Source of the DNA: Narcine bancroftii
Lineage: Eukaryota
Assembly: GCF_036971445.1 (NCBI RefSeq)
Contig: NC_091482.1
Location: forward strand, 1,426,001 to 1,490,000
DNA length: 64,000 bases
Direction: 5' to 3'
Shown here: positions 12,565-23,358 of the stretch, piece after piece
Layout: every line of letters begins with the position of its first letter
Position numbering within the stretch: the first letter of the stretch is position 1
Notes under the pieces: generated by a model
What the model saw: the letters and a program-made list of their open reading frames with translations, nothing else
Database searches by the model: none
Told to the model about the DNA's origin: nothing
Position numbers and translations under genes: made by a program

Positions 12565-13255
12565 TGTATTGTCAAGTACAACTTGACGAAACAGCGTTCT
12601 CCAGTCCTCAGTCCAAAACACACAGACACACAACCAGACATCACACACATATGGAGAGACAATACATACTGAGGACAAGTCTTCATTTATACAAATAAAT
12701 AAATGTTTCATGAATATGAAAGTCTCGGAGGATCAATGTGAGCGGTTCCTTTGGTCATTCACCATTCTCACTGCCCATGAGAAGAAGCTGTTCCTCAGCC
12801 TGGTGGTACTGGCTCTGATCCTCCTGGATCTCTTCCCTGAAGGGAGCAGCGAGAAGATGTATGGAAGGGGTCCTCAATGATTTGGCGCACCCTCTTTTGA
12901 CCTCCATTTTTCTGCAGCTACTGTACTGCATGTGATGCAGCCGACCAGGACACTCTTGATGAGCTCCTATAGAAAGTTGACATGATGGTGGGTGGTCACC
13001 TTGCCCACTTCAGTCTTCTCAGGAAGTGCAGTCTTTGTCGCACCTTCCTGACAAGTGAGGAGATGTGTGTTCACGATAGGTCACTAGTTAAGTGAACCTC
13101 AAGGAACTTGGTGTCTCCACTCTCTCCATAACAGGGTTGTTGATGTGTACTGGAGGGTGGTCGTTCCTGGTCCTCCTGAAGTCCACGATCATCTCCTTTG
13201 TCTTGTCCACGTTGAGACTCTCACACCATTTCACGGGATTTTCCACCTCTTCTCC
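12565..13255 (-). mobile_element. Rex1/Babar-like LINE 3' portion
   Basis: Same 3' end as 38965-39395; RT C-terminal remnants on the minus strand. Confidence 0.65.
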
Positions 13256-14011
13256 TTAGTGTGACTCACCAGTGTTACTGATGACCATCCAACCTCCTGC
13301 TTCCCAACATCCAGTCCAACCAGCTGTGGTCAATGTCCTGCCAGAGCAGAGACTGGTGTCACCCTCCAGACACCGGTTACCAGTGACAATGTCTCCATCA
13401 TCTGCCAGCCTATCCACTGTGAACAGGCTGGGTGACCGGTACTCTCCGTGGAAACTATCCCCTCCACTGAGCCCTGCAATCTCTCCCAGGATATATCTGC
13501 ATGGAGGCAGTACAGGGATGATTCATTGGGGTGATATGTGGACAGGTTGCAGCTCGTTGAGGTTATAAATGTGACTGTCATCGAAACATCAGATTGTGAG
13601 GGTGAGAATGAACGAACTTAGTTTTCTGCAGTGGGGAGAGGGGTCTGGGGATGTGATTTGGGTCGGAAGGCAGAGGTATCTGCTTCCCTGCCAACAAGCA
13701 CAGGGTCCCAGACACTGATCACCCTCCCCACATCTGTCCCTGACAGTGACCACTGTGTCCCGGACACTGATCGTCCTCCCCACATCTGTCCCTGCTGGTG
13801 ACCACGGGGTCCCAGACATAGACTGCCCTCACTACATCTGTCCCTGCCAGTAACCACAGGGTCCCGGAGACAGATTGCCCTTCCCACATCTGTCACTGTA
13901 GCCCTAATGGTGTGCAGGGTCCCTGCACAGTAATCTCTACCCTTGCAGTCCAGGAAGGGTTTAAAATGGAGGGGTTACATTGGGGGGATTTACAGTGGAG
14001 AGGGGTCTCAC

Positions 14012-14110
14012 CTTCTAGAACATTCCACTCCAGCAGCTGGACCACATTTCTGTGGTATCCAAGTTTCTTCATAATTTTGATTTCTGACTGTAATATCTTC
14101 TGGGGCATGG
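14012..14110 (-). CDS. RTK-like exon, alphaC-IV (MPQKILQSEIKIMKKLGYHRNVVQLLEWNVLE)
   Basis: E..IMK.LG.H.NVV.LL motif; phases 1->1. Confidence 0.92.
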
Positions 14111-14136
14111 CTGTAGAAACAACTGGAAAGGTCACT

Positions 14137-14495
14137 GTGGGAGGGGCAGTGAGGGAGCTCCACCCTGTGGGAGGGGCGGCAAGGGAGCTCCACGCTGTGG
14201 GAGGGGCGGCAATGAGGGGGCTCCACCCTGTGGGAGAGAAGGTGAGGGAGCTCCACGCCGTGGGAGAGGAGGTGAGGGAGCTCCGCAGCGTTGGGAGGGG
14301 TGGTGAGGAACCTCCATGCCATGGAAGGGGCAAGTGAGGGGGCTCTGCGCCGTGGGAGGGGCGGTGAGGGGGGCTCTGCGCCGTGGGAGGGGCGGTGAGG
14401 GGATCCGTGCCGTGGGAGGGGCGGTGAGGGGGCTCCACCCTGTGAGAGAGGAGGTGAGCGGGCTCCACTCTGTGGGAGGGGTGGTGAGGGGGCTC
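14137..14495. repeat. Degenerate ~30-bp minisatellite (GTGGGAGGGGCGGTGAGGGAGCTCCACGCC)
   Basis: Periodicity; related arrays at 24660-24780, 25840-26035 and inverted at 31950-32880. Confidence 0.8.
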
Positions 14496-14612
14496 TCTAT
14501 CATGGAAAAATCATGAGATGAACTGCAGTATGTGGGCAGGTGATGTGGACAAGAAACAGGCACAGATGAGACGCAAACACAGACAAGATGGTACTGGACA
14601 GGCTTCACTCAC

Positions 14613-14730
14613 TCTTCATGGTGAGCTTGCAGGTGACCAGCCGATAGCCTTTGCAATGACCCCTGGTGACCTTTGCAATGTAGAAGCAGCCATGTTGTCC
14701 AATCTTCAGCACATCAACCAGAGACAGGTC
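14613..14730 (-). CDS. RTK-like exon, subdomains I-II (DLSLVDVLKIGQHGCFYIAKVTRGHCKGYRLVTCKLTMK)
   Basis: cag/gtgagt; VTCK at the VAVK position; phase 0->1 joins the next exon. Confidence 0.85.
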
Positions 14731-14849
14731 CTGGATGGTGGAGCATGTCAGCCGTGGGAACACGGATGGAGAGGCAGGGTCATCCCGAACACATGTGTGC
14801 ACATACACGTGTGCACAGACACACCCGCCCTGTGTACTCAGTAACTCCC

Positions 14850-15642
14850 CAATATCCACAACATTGTGTACACAATTCCCCCCCGATATCCACAACCCTG
14901 TGTACACATTCCCCCCCGATATCCGCAACCCTGTGTACACATTCCCCTCGTATCCACAGCCCTGTGTACACATTCCCCCCCGATATCCACAACCCTGTGT
15001 ACACATTCCCCCCGATATCCGCACCCTGTGTACACATTCCTCCCCGATATCCGCAACCCTGTGTACACATTCCCCCTCGTATCCACAGCCCTGTGTACAC
15101 ATTCCCCCCCGATATCCACAACCCTGTGTACACATTCCCCCTCGTATCCACAGCCCTGTGTACACATTCCCCCCCGATATCCACAGCCCTGTGTACACAT
15201 TCCCCCCCGATATCCACAGCCCTGTGTACAACATTCCCCCCCGATATCCACAACCCTGTGTACACATTCCCCCCCGATATCCACAACCCTGTGTACACAT
15301 TCCCCCCCCGATATCCACAACCCTGTGTACACATTCCCCCCGATATCCACAACCCTGTGTACACATTCCCCCTCGTATCCACAGCCCTGTGTACACATTC
15401 CCCCCCGATATCCACAACCCTGTGTACACATTCCCCCCGATATCCACAACCCTGTGTACACATTCCCCCTCGTATCCACAGCCCTGTGTACACATTCCCC
15501 CCCGATATCCACAACCATGTGTACACATTCCCCCCCGATATCCACAACCCTGTGTACACATTCCCCCCCCGATATCCACAACCCTGTGTACACATTCCCC
15601 CTCACATCCACAACCCTGTGTACACAGTCCCCCTGATATCCA
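14850..15642. repeat. ~33-bp minisatellite (GATATCCACAACCCTGTGTACACATTCCCCCCC), ~24 units
   Basis: Direct periodicity. Confidence 0.93.
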
Positions 15643-15710
15643 CTGCTCTGTGTTTGCAGGGCCCCAGTAACCATAGGCCTCCTGAAATGTCCCTCAGGAT
15701 GTGTGAGTAC

Positions 15711-15880
15711 CTGCATGCTGGGCATCCTCGCTGGTAACTGTGTGCCCGGTAACTTGCTGGTGTGTCCGTGTTGTCGAACCGACTGGTGTAGTGATGGCAG
15801 CACCCTCACCATCGTTGGTCTGCGGGCTCCCCCCAGACACCTACAATCCGTTCACATTTCTCTGCTTCTTCCTCCACTTC
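15711..15880 (-). CDS. RTK-like juxtamembrane exon (KWRKKQRNVNG...); donor uncertain (15810 or 15711); in-frame TAG at 15841-15843
   Basis: gtccag acceptor; basic stop-transfer cluster follows the TM exon. Confidence 0.5.
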
Positions 15881-16431
15881 CTGGACATGGACAGCAAGTG
15901 GGGGTAGTGGTGAATCTGTTCCCGCACCCCCCCTCCTACCCTCCCTGTGGCCACAGCACACTGATGTGGAGATAAGGAGGGGGTACTGGTGATTCCACAC
16001 TCCCTCTATCACCTGGGCACTACCCCTGTGGTCACTAACCCCCAATTTTCACTCTCTACACCCCTTGCGGTCCATTAACCCCCCATCATTCTCTACCCCC
16101 CCCCCCCCTGTGGTCACATGGCAGTGAGGGGAAGCCACATCAGGACCATCACTGCTGGTTGGTCCACATGTGGACCCAACTGCCAGTGGGGGAGAGGAGT
16201 GGTCAGAAAGTGAGCGAGGACCATTCGCTGGCCTTTAGAACAATGATCCTGAGGGCGGGCTTACTCAAGGTGAGGAGATGGGACAGAGTGAACAGGAAGG
16301 GCAGGGACAGGCATTCAGGAACTGCATCCCCTCTCCACCTACTTGAGCAGAGGTGGATGGAACTGACAGCCAGCAATGGGCTGAATGGTCACCCTGTGCT
16401 GTAAACGTCTGTGAATATGGGAGGAACTCAC

Positions 16432-16530
16432 CTCAGGAAGCAGATGGTGAGGCGGCCAGAGTCCCAGCAAGCAAGAGCACAGACAGGACCAGCCAAGGGT
16501 AGTGGTTTGGCTCAGCGAGCCCTGGATCAG
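16432..16530 (-). CDS. RTK-like transmembrane exon (ADPGLAEPNHYPWLVLSVLLLAGTLAA/LTICFLR), apparent 1-bp deletion at ~16451
   Basis: ttttgcag/gtgagt; the hydrophobic helix continues in a shifted frame. Confidence 0.7.
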
Positions 16531-16710
16531 CTGCAAAACAGGGCAGAGTGGGACAGCAAGGAGGGTTGGGAGAGAGGTCCATGGAGACAAGAGGGAGGGA
16601 GGTGTGTGTATGGGATGGGGAGGGGAAGAATGGGGAGGGGAGAGGGAATTGGGGGAGGAAGGGGAGAATGGGGGCAGTTTGATCACTCGGGCAGTAGAGA
16701 TATTTCCCAC

Positions 16711-16735
16711 CGCGGTTACTCTGTAGTGAAAACAT
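16711..16735 (-). CDS. RTK-like 25-bp microexon (MFSLQSNR)
   Basis: gtttcag/gtggga; converts phase 0 to phase 1 as the flanking exons require. Confidence 0.5.
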
Positions 16736-16940
16736 CTGAAACCTCAAAAATATCAGCAGCTTTTGAGATTGTCCACAGTGATTCTGTCTCTCCCTCCCCT
16801 CTCCCCCTTCCCACCATCTTTCCTCCCCTTCCCTCCCCCACTCTGTCCCCTCCTTCCCTCCCCACCATCCTTCCTTCCCCTTCCTTGCCACTGCCTCCCC
16901 TCCATCTTTCCTTCCCCTCCCTCCCCCACCACTCCCTCAC

Positions 16941-17030
16941 CGCCGGTGGAGTGGTGGCTTCCTGCGTCAGGAAAGTGAAGTTGGTGGTGGTCATTCTGTT
17001 GGTCTCCTGGGTTGATGGAGATCTCTCCCA
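16941..17030 (-). CDS. RTK-like Ser/Thr/Pro-rich stalk exon (WERSPSTQETNRMTTTNFTFLTQEATTPPA)
   Basis: CAGTAG tandem acceptor, gtgagg donor, phase 0-0, NFT sequon. Confidence 0.6.
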
Positions 17031-17284
17031 CTACTGGAACAAACAGACACAGTGATTACAGCCCCCACCCAGCCTGCAATGGACCCAGCTCCACATTCCA
17101 CAAACACACCCTCTGAGGGCATCACTCACACATGGTGCAAGCTCCCTGCTCCTGAATCTTCCTTTCCCTCCCTCTCACGCCCATTCCCTCTCTTATCTTT
17201 CTCTTCCTCTTTCTATCCTCTTTACCTCCCTCCCTTTCAACCTCTCATTTTCTTTTTCTCCCACAATCTCAGAACTTTTTGAAT

Positions 17285-18170
17285 AATTTATATTTTTTCA
17301 AGTTATACAGTGGCATTTTAAATATACGATATATTAAACTTTTTCTCATCAACACAACAAACAAAAAACACCCCGTCCCTCCCTCACATTCCCGTTTACT
17401 GTCAGAACCGTGCTTATGTTTGAAGAAGATCGATCGAGGACAGTTGGGAAACCACATTTAAATATATATAATAGTTGCATTATAGTCCTTTTTCCTTTTT
17501 ATTTCTGTATCTGGGCCCCTATGTGGTCCAGTAATGGCTGCCAGGACCTTTTCAAAAGGGTCCTATTTATTCTTTTATGTTGTATGTGATTTTTTTTTCC
17601 ATAGGTATACAGCTGTTCATCACGCTATAATTAGAGGGGAATCGACGTCCAAGTGATCGCGATACATTTTTTCGCTACGACCAGTGCTATTTTTATGATG
17701 TTTGATATTTATTCTTATTTCCTAGAAATTAACTAAGATATTGCACTGGATCGGCCGTGGACGCCACTCCTGTGATCAGGGTTAATTTTTCTGCGATTTC
17801 TTGCCAAAATGGCCTCAATTCCACACATGACCATGTGGCTCGTAGAGAAGTTCCTGCCTCAGTCCTACATCTGAAACACATCTCTGAAATTTCAGCTTTT
17901 GATTTGTGCAACTTTTGGTGGGGTAAGATAGAATTGGTGTAAAAAAAACACTGAACCAGTCCCTATAATTGATGTCGTGCTGTCCTCACACCAATCTGAC
18001 CAGATTCTCTGAAACCACCACCCCAAGTCTGACTCCCAACTTTCCACCGACTTCTGCAACCCTGGTTTTGCACTTTTGCTCTGGAGAGCAGAGTACATTT
18101 TTGTTATAAATTTGGTGTATTTTCCATCCAGACTGTTCGTTCAGTTTCACTAATTTCAGGTGGGGTCCTC
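17285..18170 (-). mobile_element. L1/Tx1-clade LINE 3' end
   Basis: CFRC...W.C..L..FW C-terminal zinc-knuckle remnant; T-rich tail on +. Confidence 0.75.
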
Positions 18171-18344
18171 AATCTCAGAACTTGCTCACAGTCCAACAGT
18201 TCAGTCCTGATTTCCTACATTCCTGCTGGCTCCTGGCTCCTAACCCAACCTCCACATTATATCTGTGCTGGAGTCCATGGGGTAACCAACCAACCACTCA
18301 ACTCTCTCTGACTGTTCTCTGCCACCTCCCACCCCCCCTCCCCC

Positions 18345-19062
18345 ACCACACACTGATCCTCACTATGGGGACAGTTCCACACACAATGACCCTCACTGGG
18401 GGGGGAAGGGTCCACACACACACACTGACCATCACTGGGGGGAACGGGTCCCACACATACTGACCATCAATGGGGGAAGGGTCCCCCACACACTGACCCT
18501 CACTGGGGTTGGGTCTCACACACTGACCATCACTGGGGGGATGGGTCCCATACACACTGACCCTCACTGGGGGGGGAAGGGTCCCCCACACACTGACCCT
18601 CACTGGGAGGACAGGTTCCACACACACTGACCTTCACTGGGGGACCGGGACCACACACACTGATCCTCACCGGGGGGGGGGGGGGGGCGGTCATACACAC
18701 TGAACCTCACTGGGGGACGAGTCCCACACAAACTGACCTCACTGGGGATGGGTCCCACACACCCTGACCCTCACTTGGGGTTGGGTCTCACACACTGACC
18801 TCACTGGGGGGATGGGTCCCATACACACTGACCCTCACTGGGGGGGGGGATGGGTCCCCCACACACTGACCCTCACTGGGAGGACGGGTTCCACACACAC
18901 TGACCTTCACTGGGGGACCGGTCCCACACACACTGATCCTCACCAGGTGGGGGGGGCGGTCCTACACACTGACCCTCACTGGGGGACGAGTCCCACACAA
19001 ACTGACCCTCACTGGGGGATGAGTCCCACACAAACTGACCCTCAATGGGGGATGGGTCCCAT
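18345..19062. repeat. ~33-bp minisatellite (CACACACTGACCCTCACTGGGGGACGGGTCC)
   Basis: Periodicity; same family at 43355-43525, relative at 21790-22405. Confidence 0.88.
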
Positions 19063-19190
19063 GCATCCTTCAGAAGTTTATTGCTTGTTAAGGTGCTGTG
19101 ATGTGAACTGTTGGCTGTGGTCTCCTAGGGTGGGTCAAATCAAAGTGTCACCCCCCCCCCCTTCCCCATCATCATACACACTGAACCTAC

Positions 19191-19290
19191 CTGATTCAGG
19201 GCTGGGCCCCCCTCCTCGAATACCAGACCAAAGCCGGGGAGATTCCTGTCGGGAATGCCACTGGCTGACCTGCTCTCTGAGGTGTGAGAG
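19191..19290 (-). CDS. RTK-like putative ectodomain exon (SHTSESRSASGIPDRNLPGFGLVFEEGGPALNQ)
   Basis: attcag/gtaggt; phase 2->0 compatible; no homology support. Confidence 0.45.
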
Positions 19291-19417
19291 CTGAATTGAT
19301 ATTATGAAGATACTGGTTTCAAACCAAGTCCTTGCTGTCAATTCCCTGCCTCACAGTGGAATCCAGACATTTCCCAGGGAGGGGCACAAGAGGAGATTTA
19401 AAAGCGAATCTTTTTAC

Positions 19418-19472
19418 CTTTGAATGTGTGAGATCCTCCTCTTGATCCTGTCAGTCTTCAGACAGTATGTTG
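19418..19472 (-). CDS. RTK-like putative ectodomain exon (TYCLKTDRIKRRISHIQ)
   Basis: cacag/gtaaaa; phase 1->2 compatible; no homology support. Confidence 0.4.
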
Positions 19473-20744
19473 CTGTGTTGGAAGGAGCTGCCCAGCCCAC
19501 TCACCTCACTGTCCCTCCGCTGCCCTCTCCTCTCTCTCTGCCACCTTCCTATCCTTCCTCTCTTTTCTGCTTGCTGTCCAGCTCTCTGCACCCCACCCAC
19601 CAAACCTCTCTTGCTCACCCACTCCTTCCTCTCTCTGATGCAGCGACAGAAAGTCTCTGACCACTTCCAGCAGTCAGGGCTGCCTCACTCCAGGAGCCTG
19701 TGGTTTCCGCTGCGAGGTGTGTGACCCGACTCTCAGCACCGTAAAGATGGCAATGCTTCATCTCTCAACCACGGATAACATCCTCCAAGGGAAAGATGTT
19801 ACTCAACTGATCTGGGGACAGGTTACTCATATATAACCATATAACCATTTACGGAGGAGAAACAGGCCTCTGGGTCTATCTTGAGAAATCAGTGGATGAG
19901 GAGGGTACCGATCACAGTGGGGGGCAGGCACCTTGATTGCCACCCCCCTTTCTTATAGCCCAGATCACAGTGGGTTTCGGGCAAGTTGTGGGGAGATGGG
20001 AATCCCAGACCAACTGGTCCTGGTGAGTCCAAACCTCATGCGGTGGGATGTGAGGCCAGAGGACTCTTGTGAGGGGAAGGGGGGGGGGGGGGCGCTGAGA
20101 TGACCTGATCTGAGGGTTCCCAGAAGTCAGGACCACTGATGAAAAGGCTGGACCGGTACTGAGGGAGCACAGACCCTCGGAGGTGCCACCTGCTCTCTCA
20201 GGCACTGTGACCACTCCTCTATCACTCTGCCCGAGCTCATCCCACTCTTGTCCTTGAGCCCTTATGTCTGAACCTCTGGGACCAATCCAAATGTCTTTTC
20301 AATATTTTGTCCCTGCCTCTGCCACTTCCTGCTCCACACACCCACTGCCCTCTGTGTGAGGGACCCTCAGACCCCGGTAGATGACAAGGGGGGGACCCAG
20401 CACCGATCCTTGTGGCTCACCACAGGTTACAAGCCTCCACTGGATAGGGTTAGGGATCCACCTGCAGCAGCAGTGGGCATCACCCTGTCAGGAGACAGCG
20501 TTAATCCTCAACCAACATCATGGAACCAGTTGGGTCTGGTCCTTTACAGGTCTGGGATCATTGCTGAGCACGTTTCTTCAGAGACTGCAGAATATTCATG
20601 TGCTACTGAATGTTTGGAAAGCCCAGCAGCGTAGAAAGATTGTAAACCTCTGATTGGGATGCTGGCCACATGATGACCTGAACTGACATCAACCGTGAGA
20701 CAGGGAATGATTAAATCTGTGTGCAAGGAGCAGCCAGATCCTCA

Positions 20745-21350
20745 TGAGATCAGATCGGATAGTATTTATCATCAGTAATATTACACAAATTTGCCTCTTG
20801 TCTGTCACAAGGCAGATGTTTGCCAGTAGCATTGCCCGATGCCCCTTACAGTCAGAGAAAGGGAAGCAAAAGAGAATCCCCCCTAGAGTCACCGAGTGTC
20901 TGTGGATTCCTCCAAAGATTCCCACAGACGCACAGACTCCAGTTCAGTTCAAACCATCAGCAGCCCGAGCTCCAGATCCAAACCGACGCAATGAGGAAGC
21001 CTTTAGCATCCGAGGCCCATTGGCAGCTCCTCCTTGCCCCCAGCACCCTCTTGAATTCTGTTCCGCTAGCTGGTTCTCGTGAACCAGTCTCCAGTGGCCC
21101 ACAGCCAGTGTGTGTCCTTCAGCTGCAGACCCCCTTGCTGCTCCACCACCATGGACACCATCCTTGGGGTTGTCTCCTCTGCTTCTTCTCAGTCGGGGAT
21201 GGTTTCCCTGATACTGGTGCCCTGCACCAGTCCACTGCTCCCCTGGAGTGTACAACCCCTCGAGGCCCACTGCTGACCACCATCTTCAGCCCAGACCCCG
21301 TAGTGATAGGATTTTAAATAAAACACTGTTGGCTCCTTTAACAGGTGTTT
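20745..21350. mobile_element. Unclassified interspersed repeat (second copy at 39865-40270)
   Basis: Shared AGTCAGAGAAAG(G/A)GAAGCAAAAG...AGAGTCACC...GTGGATTC blocks. Confidence 0.55.
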
Positions 21351-21789
21351 AAAGCCTGTAAAGAGCCATCAGCATCAGGTCCGGACAGGAAGAACCTTCG
21401 GAGGGTGCCATGGCTCCCTTCCCTTCTCTCCCTGGGTCTGCACCAGCAGCAACTTGGTCATAACAACAATGTCACTGTTTTGTTTACAGCCCCATGAAGG
21501 AGATAAAGGCCACATCCATCACAATGAATTGATGGGCACACAGGCCACAGGATAAGGACACACATGAGAGATTGTGCAGCAGTGGGCATGAAACAGAAGA
21601 ATGGTCACTGGTTTGTGAAGAAGACGAGTACCGGACCAATCTCCAACATCACATGCACACGCTCATGTTAACTTCGACAGCCAGACGCCCCAGCACAGGA
21701 TGTGGGTTCTGGCTGTCAAGAATTTACCGGATTTAATGTTGCTGCACTGACACACCTCACGGCTCATACCCCAAACTCAGCTGCAGCCT

Positions 21790-22405
21790 GACCCAGTCTG
21801 GGCGAGGGTCATATACACTGACCAAGTCTGGGACAAGGTCTCACACACTGACCCGGTCTGGGATGGGGTCACACATACACTGACCTGGTCTGGGATGGGG
21901 TCACACACACACTGACCCGGTCTGGGATGGGGTCACACACACACTGACCCAGTCTGGGATGGGGTCACACACACACTGACCCAGTCTGGGATGGGGTCAC
22001 ACTGACCCGGTCTGGGATGGGGTCACACACACACTGACCCAGTCTGGGACAGGGTCTCACACACACACTGACCTGGTCTGAGACAGGGTCTCACACACAC
22101 ACTGACCCGGTCTGGGATGGGGTCTCACACACTGACCCAGTGTGGGACAGGGGCACACACACACTGACCCAGTCTGGGATGGGGTCACACTGACCCGGTC
22201 TGGGATGGGGTCACACATACACTGACCTGGTCTGAGACAGGGTCTCACACACACACTGACCCGGTCTGGGATGGGGTCTCACACACTGACCCAGTGTGGG
22301 ACAGGGGCACACACACACTGACCCAGTCTGGGTCAGGGTCTCACACACACACTGATCCAGTCTGGGACAAGGTCTCACACATACACTGACCTGGTCTGGG
22401 ATGGG
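21790..22405. repeat. ~30-bp minisatellite (CACACACTGACCCGGTCTGGGATGGGGT)
   Basis: Direct periodicity. Confidence 0.9.
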
Positions 22406-23158
22406 GTTACCCTCTTTGAGGATGTCACAAAGAGGGTGAATGAAGGGGAACCAGTCAATCTGATGTACCTGGGTTTCCAGAGGACATTCCATTAGGTCTT
22501 CACGCAGAGATAACAGCCAGGCTAGAGAGAAATGCATTGCTCAAATCAGGAACTGCTGACCATTTGAAAATAGAAAGTCAGTTCACATGACTTTCTGATC
22601 AGCAATCTGTAATCCAAGAGCTACCACAGGATTGGTGTCTACATTAACAAGGATGTGACTGTAAGTTCCGTGGTCCAGGGACGGGGCAGGTTGGTCAGTT
22701 GCGATGGCGCAGAGACTGCAGAGGGAGAGAGATAGATTCAGTGGGTGGGCAAGACATTGGCCAGTGGGGAATGATGTGGGAAATGTGAGGGTCTACACTT
22801 TGGAAGGAAGAACATGATGTCATTGTGCAGAGAGATTGGGGTCCCAGTGCCTGAAACACAAGAGCTGGGGTGGGGGGGGGGGGGGGGTTGATTGTAGAAG
22901 CAACAGCTTTTATTACAGGGGACATGGAGTTTAAACGTAGTGGTCTTCAGAAGACACATTGAAGGGTGCTGGGGAGCGTGAAGTCAGAGCATGGCAGACA
23001 GTGTTAGTCCCTGTACAGAGTTCGACTCCAGATTCCAGTCTCGATCCGGGGTCCCGACCCAAAATTTGGGTGACCGGTACTCTCCGTGGAAACTATCCCC
23101 TCCACTGAGCCCTGCAATCTCTCCCAGGATATATCTGCATGGAGGCAGTACAGGGATA

Positions 23159-23358
23159 NNNNNNNNNNNNNNNNNNNNNNNNNNNNNNNNNNNNNNNNNN
23201 NNNNNNNNNNNNNNNNNNNNNNNNNNNNNNNNNNNNNNNNNNNNNNNNNNNNNNNNNNNNNNNNNNNNNNNNNNNNNNNNNNNNNNNNNNNNNNNNNNNN
23301 NNNNNNNNNNNNNNNNNNNNNNNNNNNNNNNNNNNNNNNNNNNNNNNNNNNNNNNNNN
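23159..23358. other. Assembly gap, exactly 200 N
   Basis: N run. Confidence 1.

Larger units (their letters stand above)
8969..19472 (-). other. Gene span: single-pass receptor tyrosine kinase-like (probable pseudokinase), 14 exons reconstructed; possibly disrupted
   Basis: Phase-compatible GT-AG exons give stalk, TM and TK domain; see exon features. Confidence 0.85.

Noticed and set aside
10878-15642. CRISPR-like appearance of 33-44-bp repeats
   Set aside because: Head-to-tail units without unique spacers, no cas genes, vertebrate introns
8969-19472. Naming the kinase STYK1, RET or FGFR
   Set aside because: Motifs (HRD, EFS, YPPE) and the ectodomain do not match these confidently; needs phylogeny
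19689-19761. Candidate first coding exon of the RTK-like gene (MKHCHLYGAESRVTHLAAETTGSW, phase 1)
   Set aside because: Phase fits but it is not signal-peptide-like, so it is not supportable
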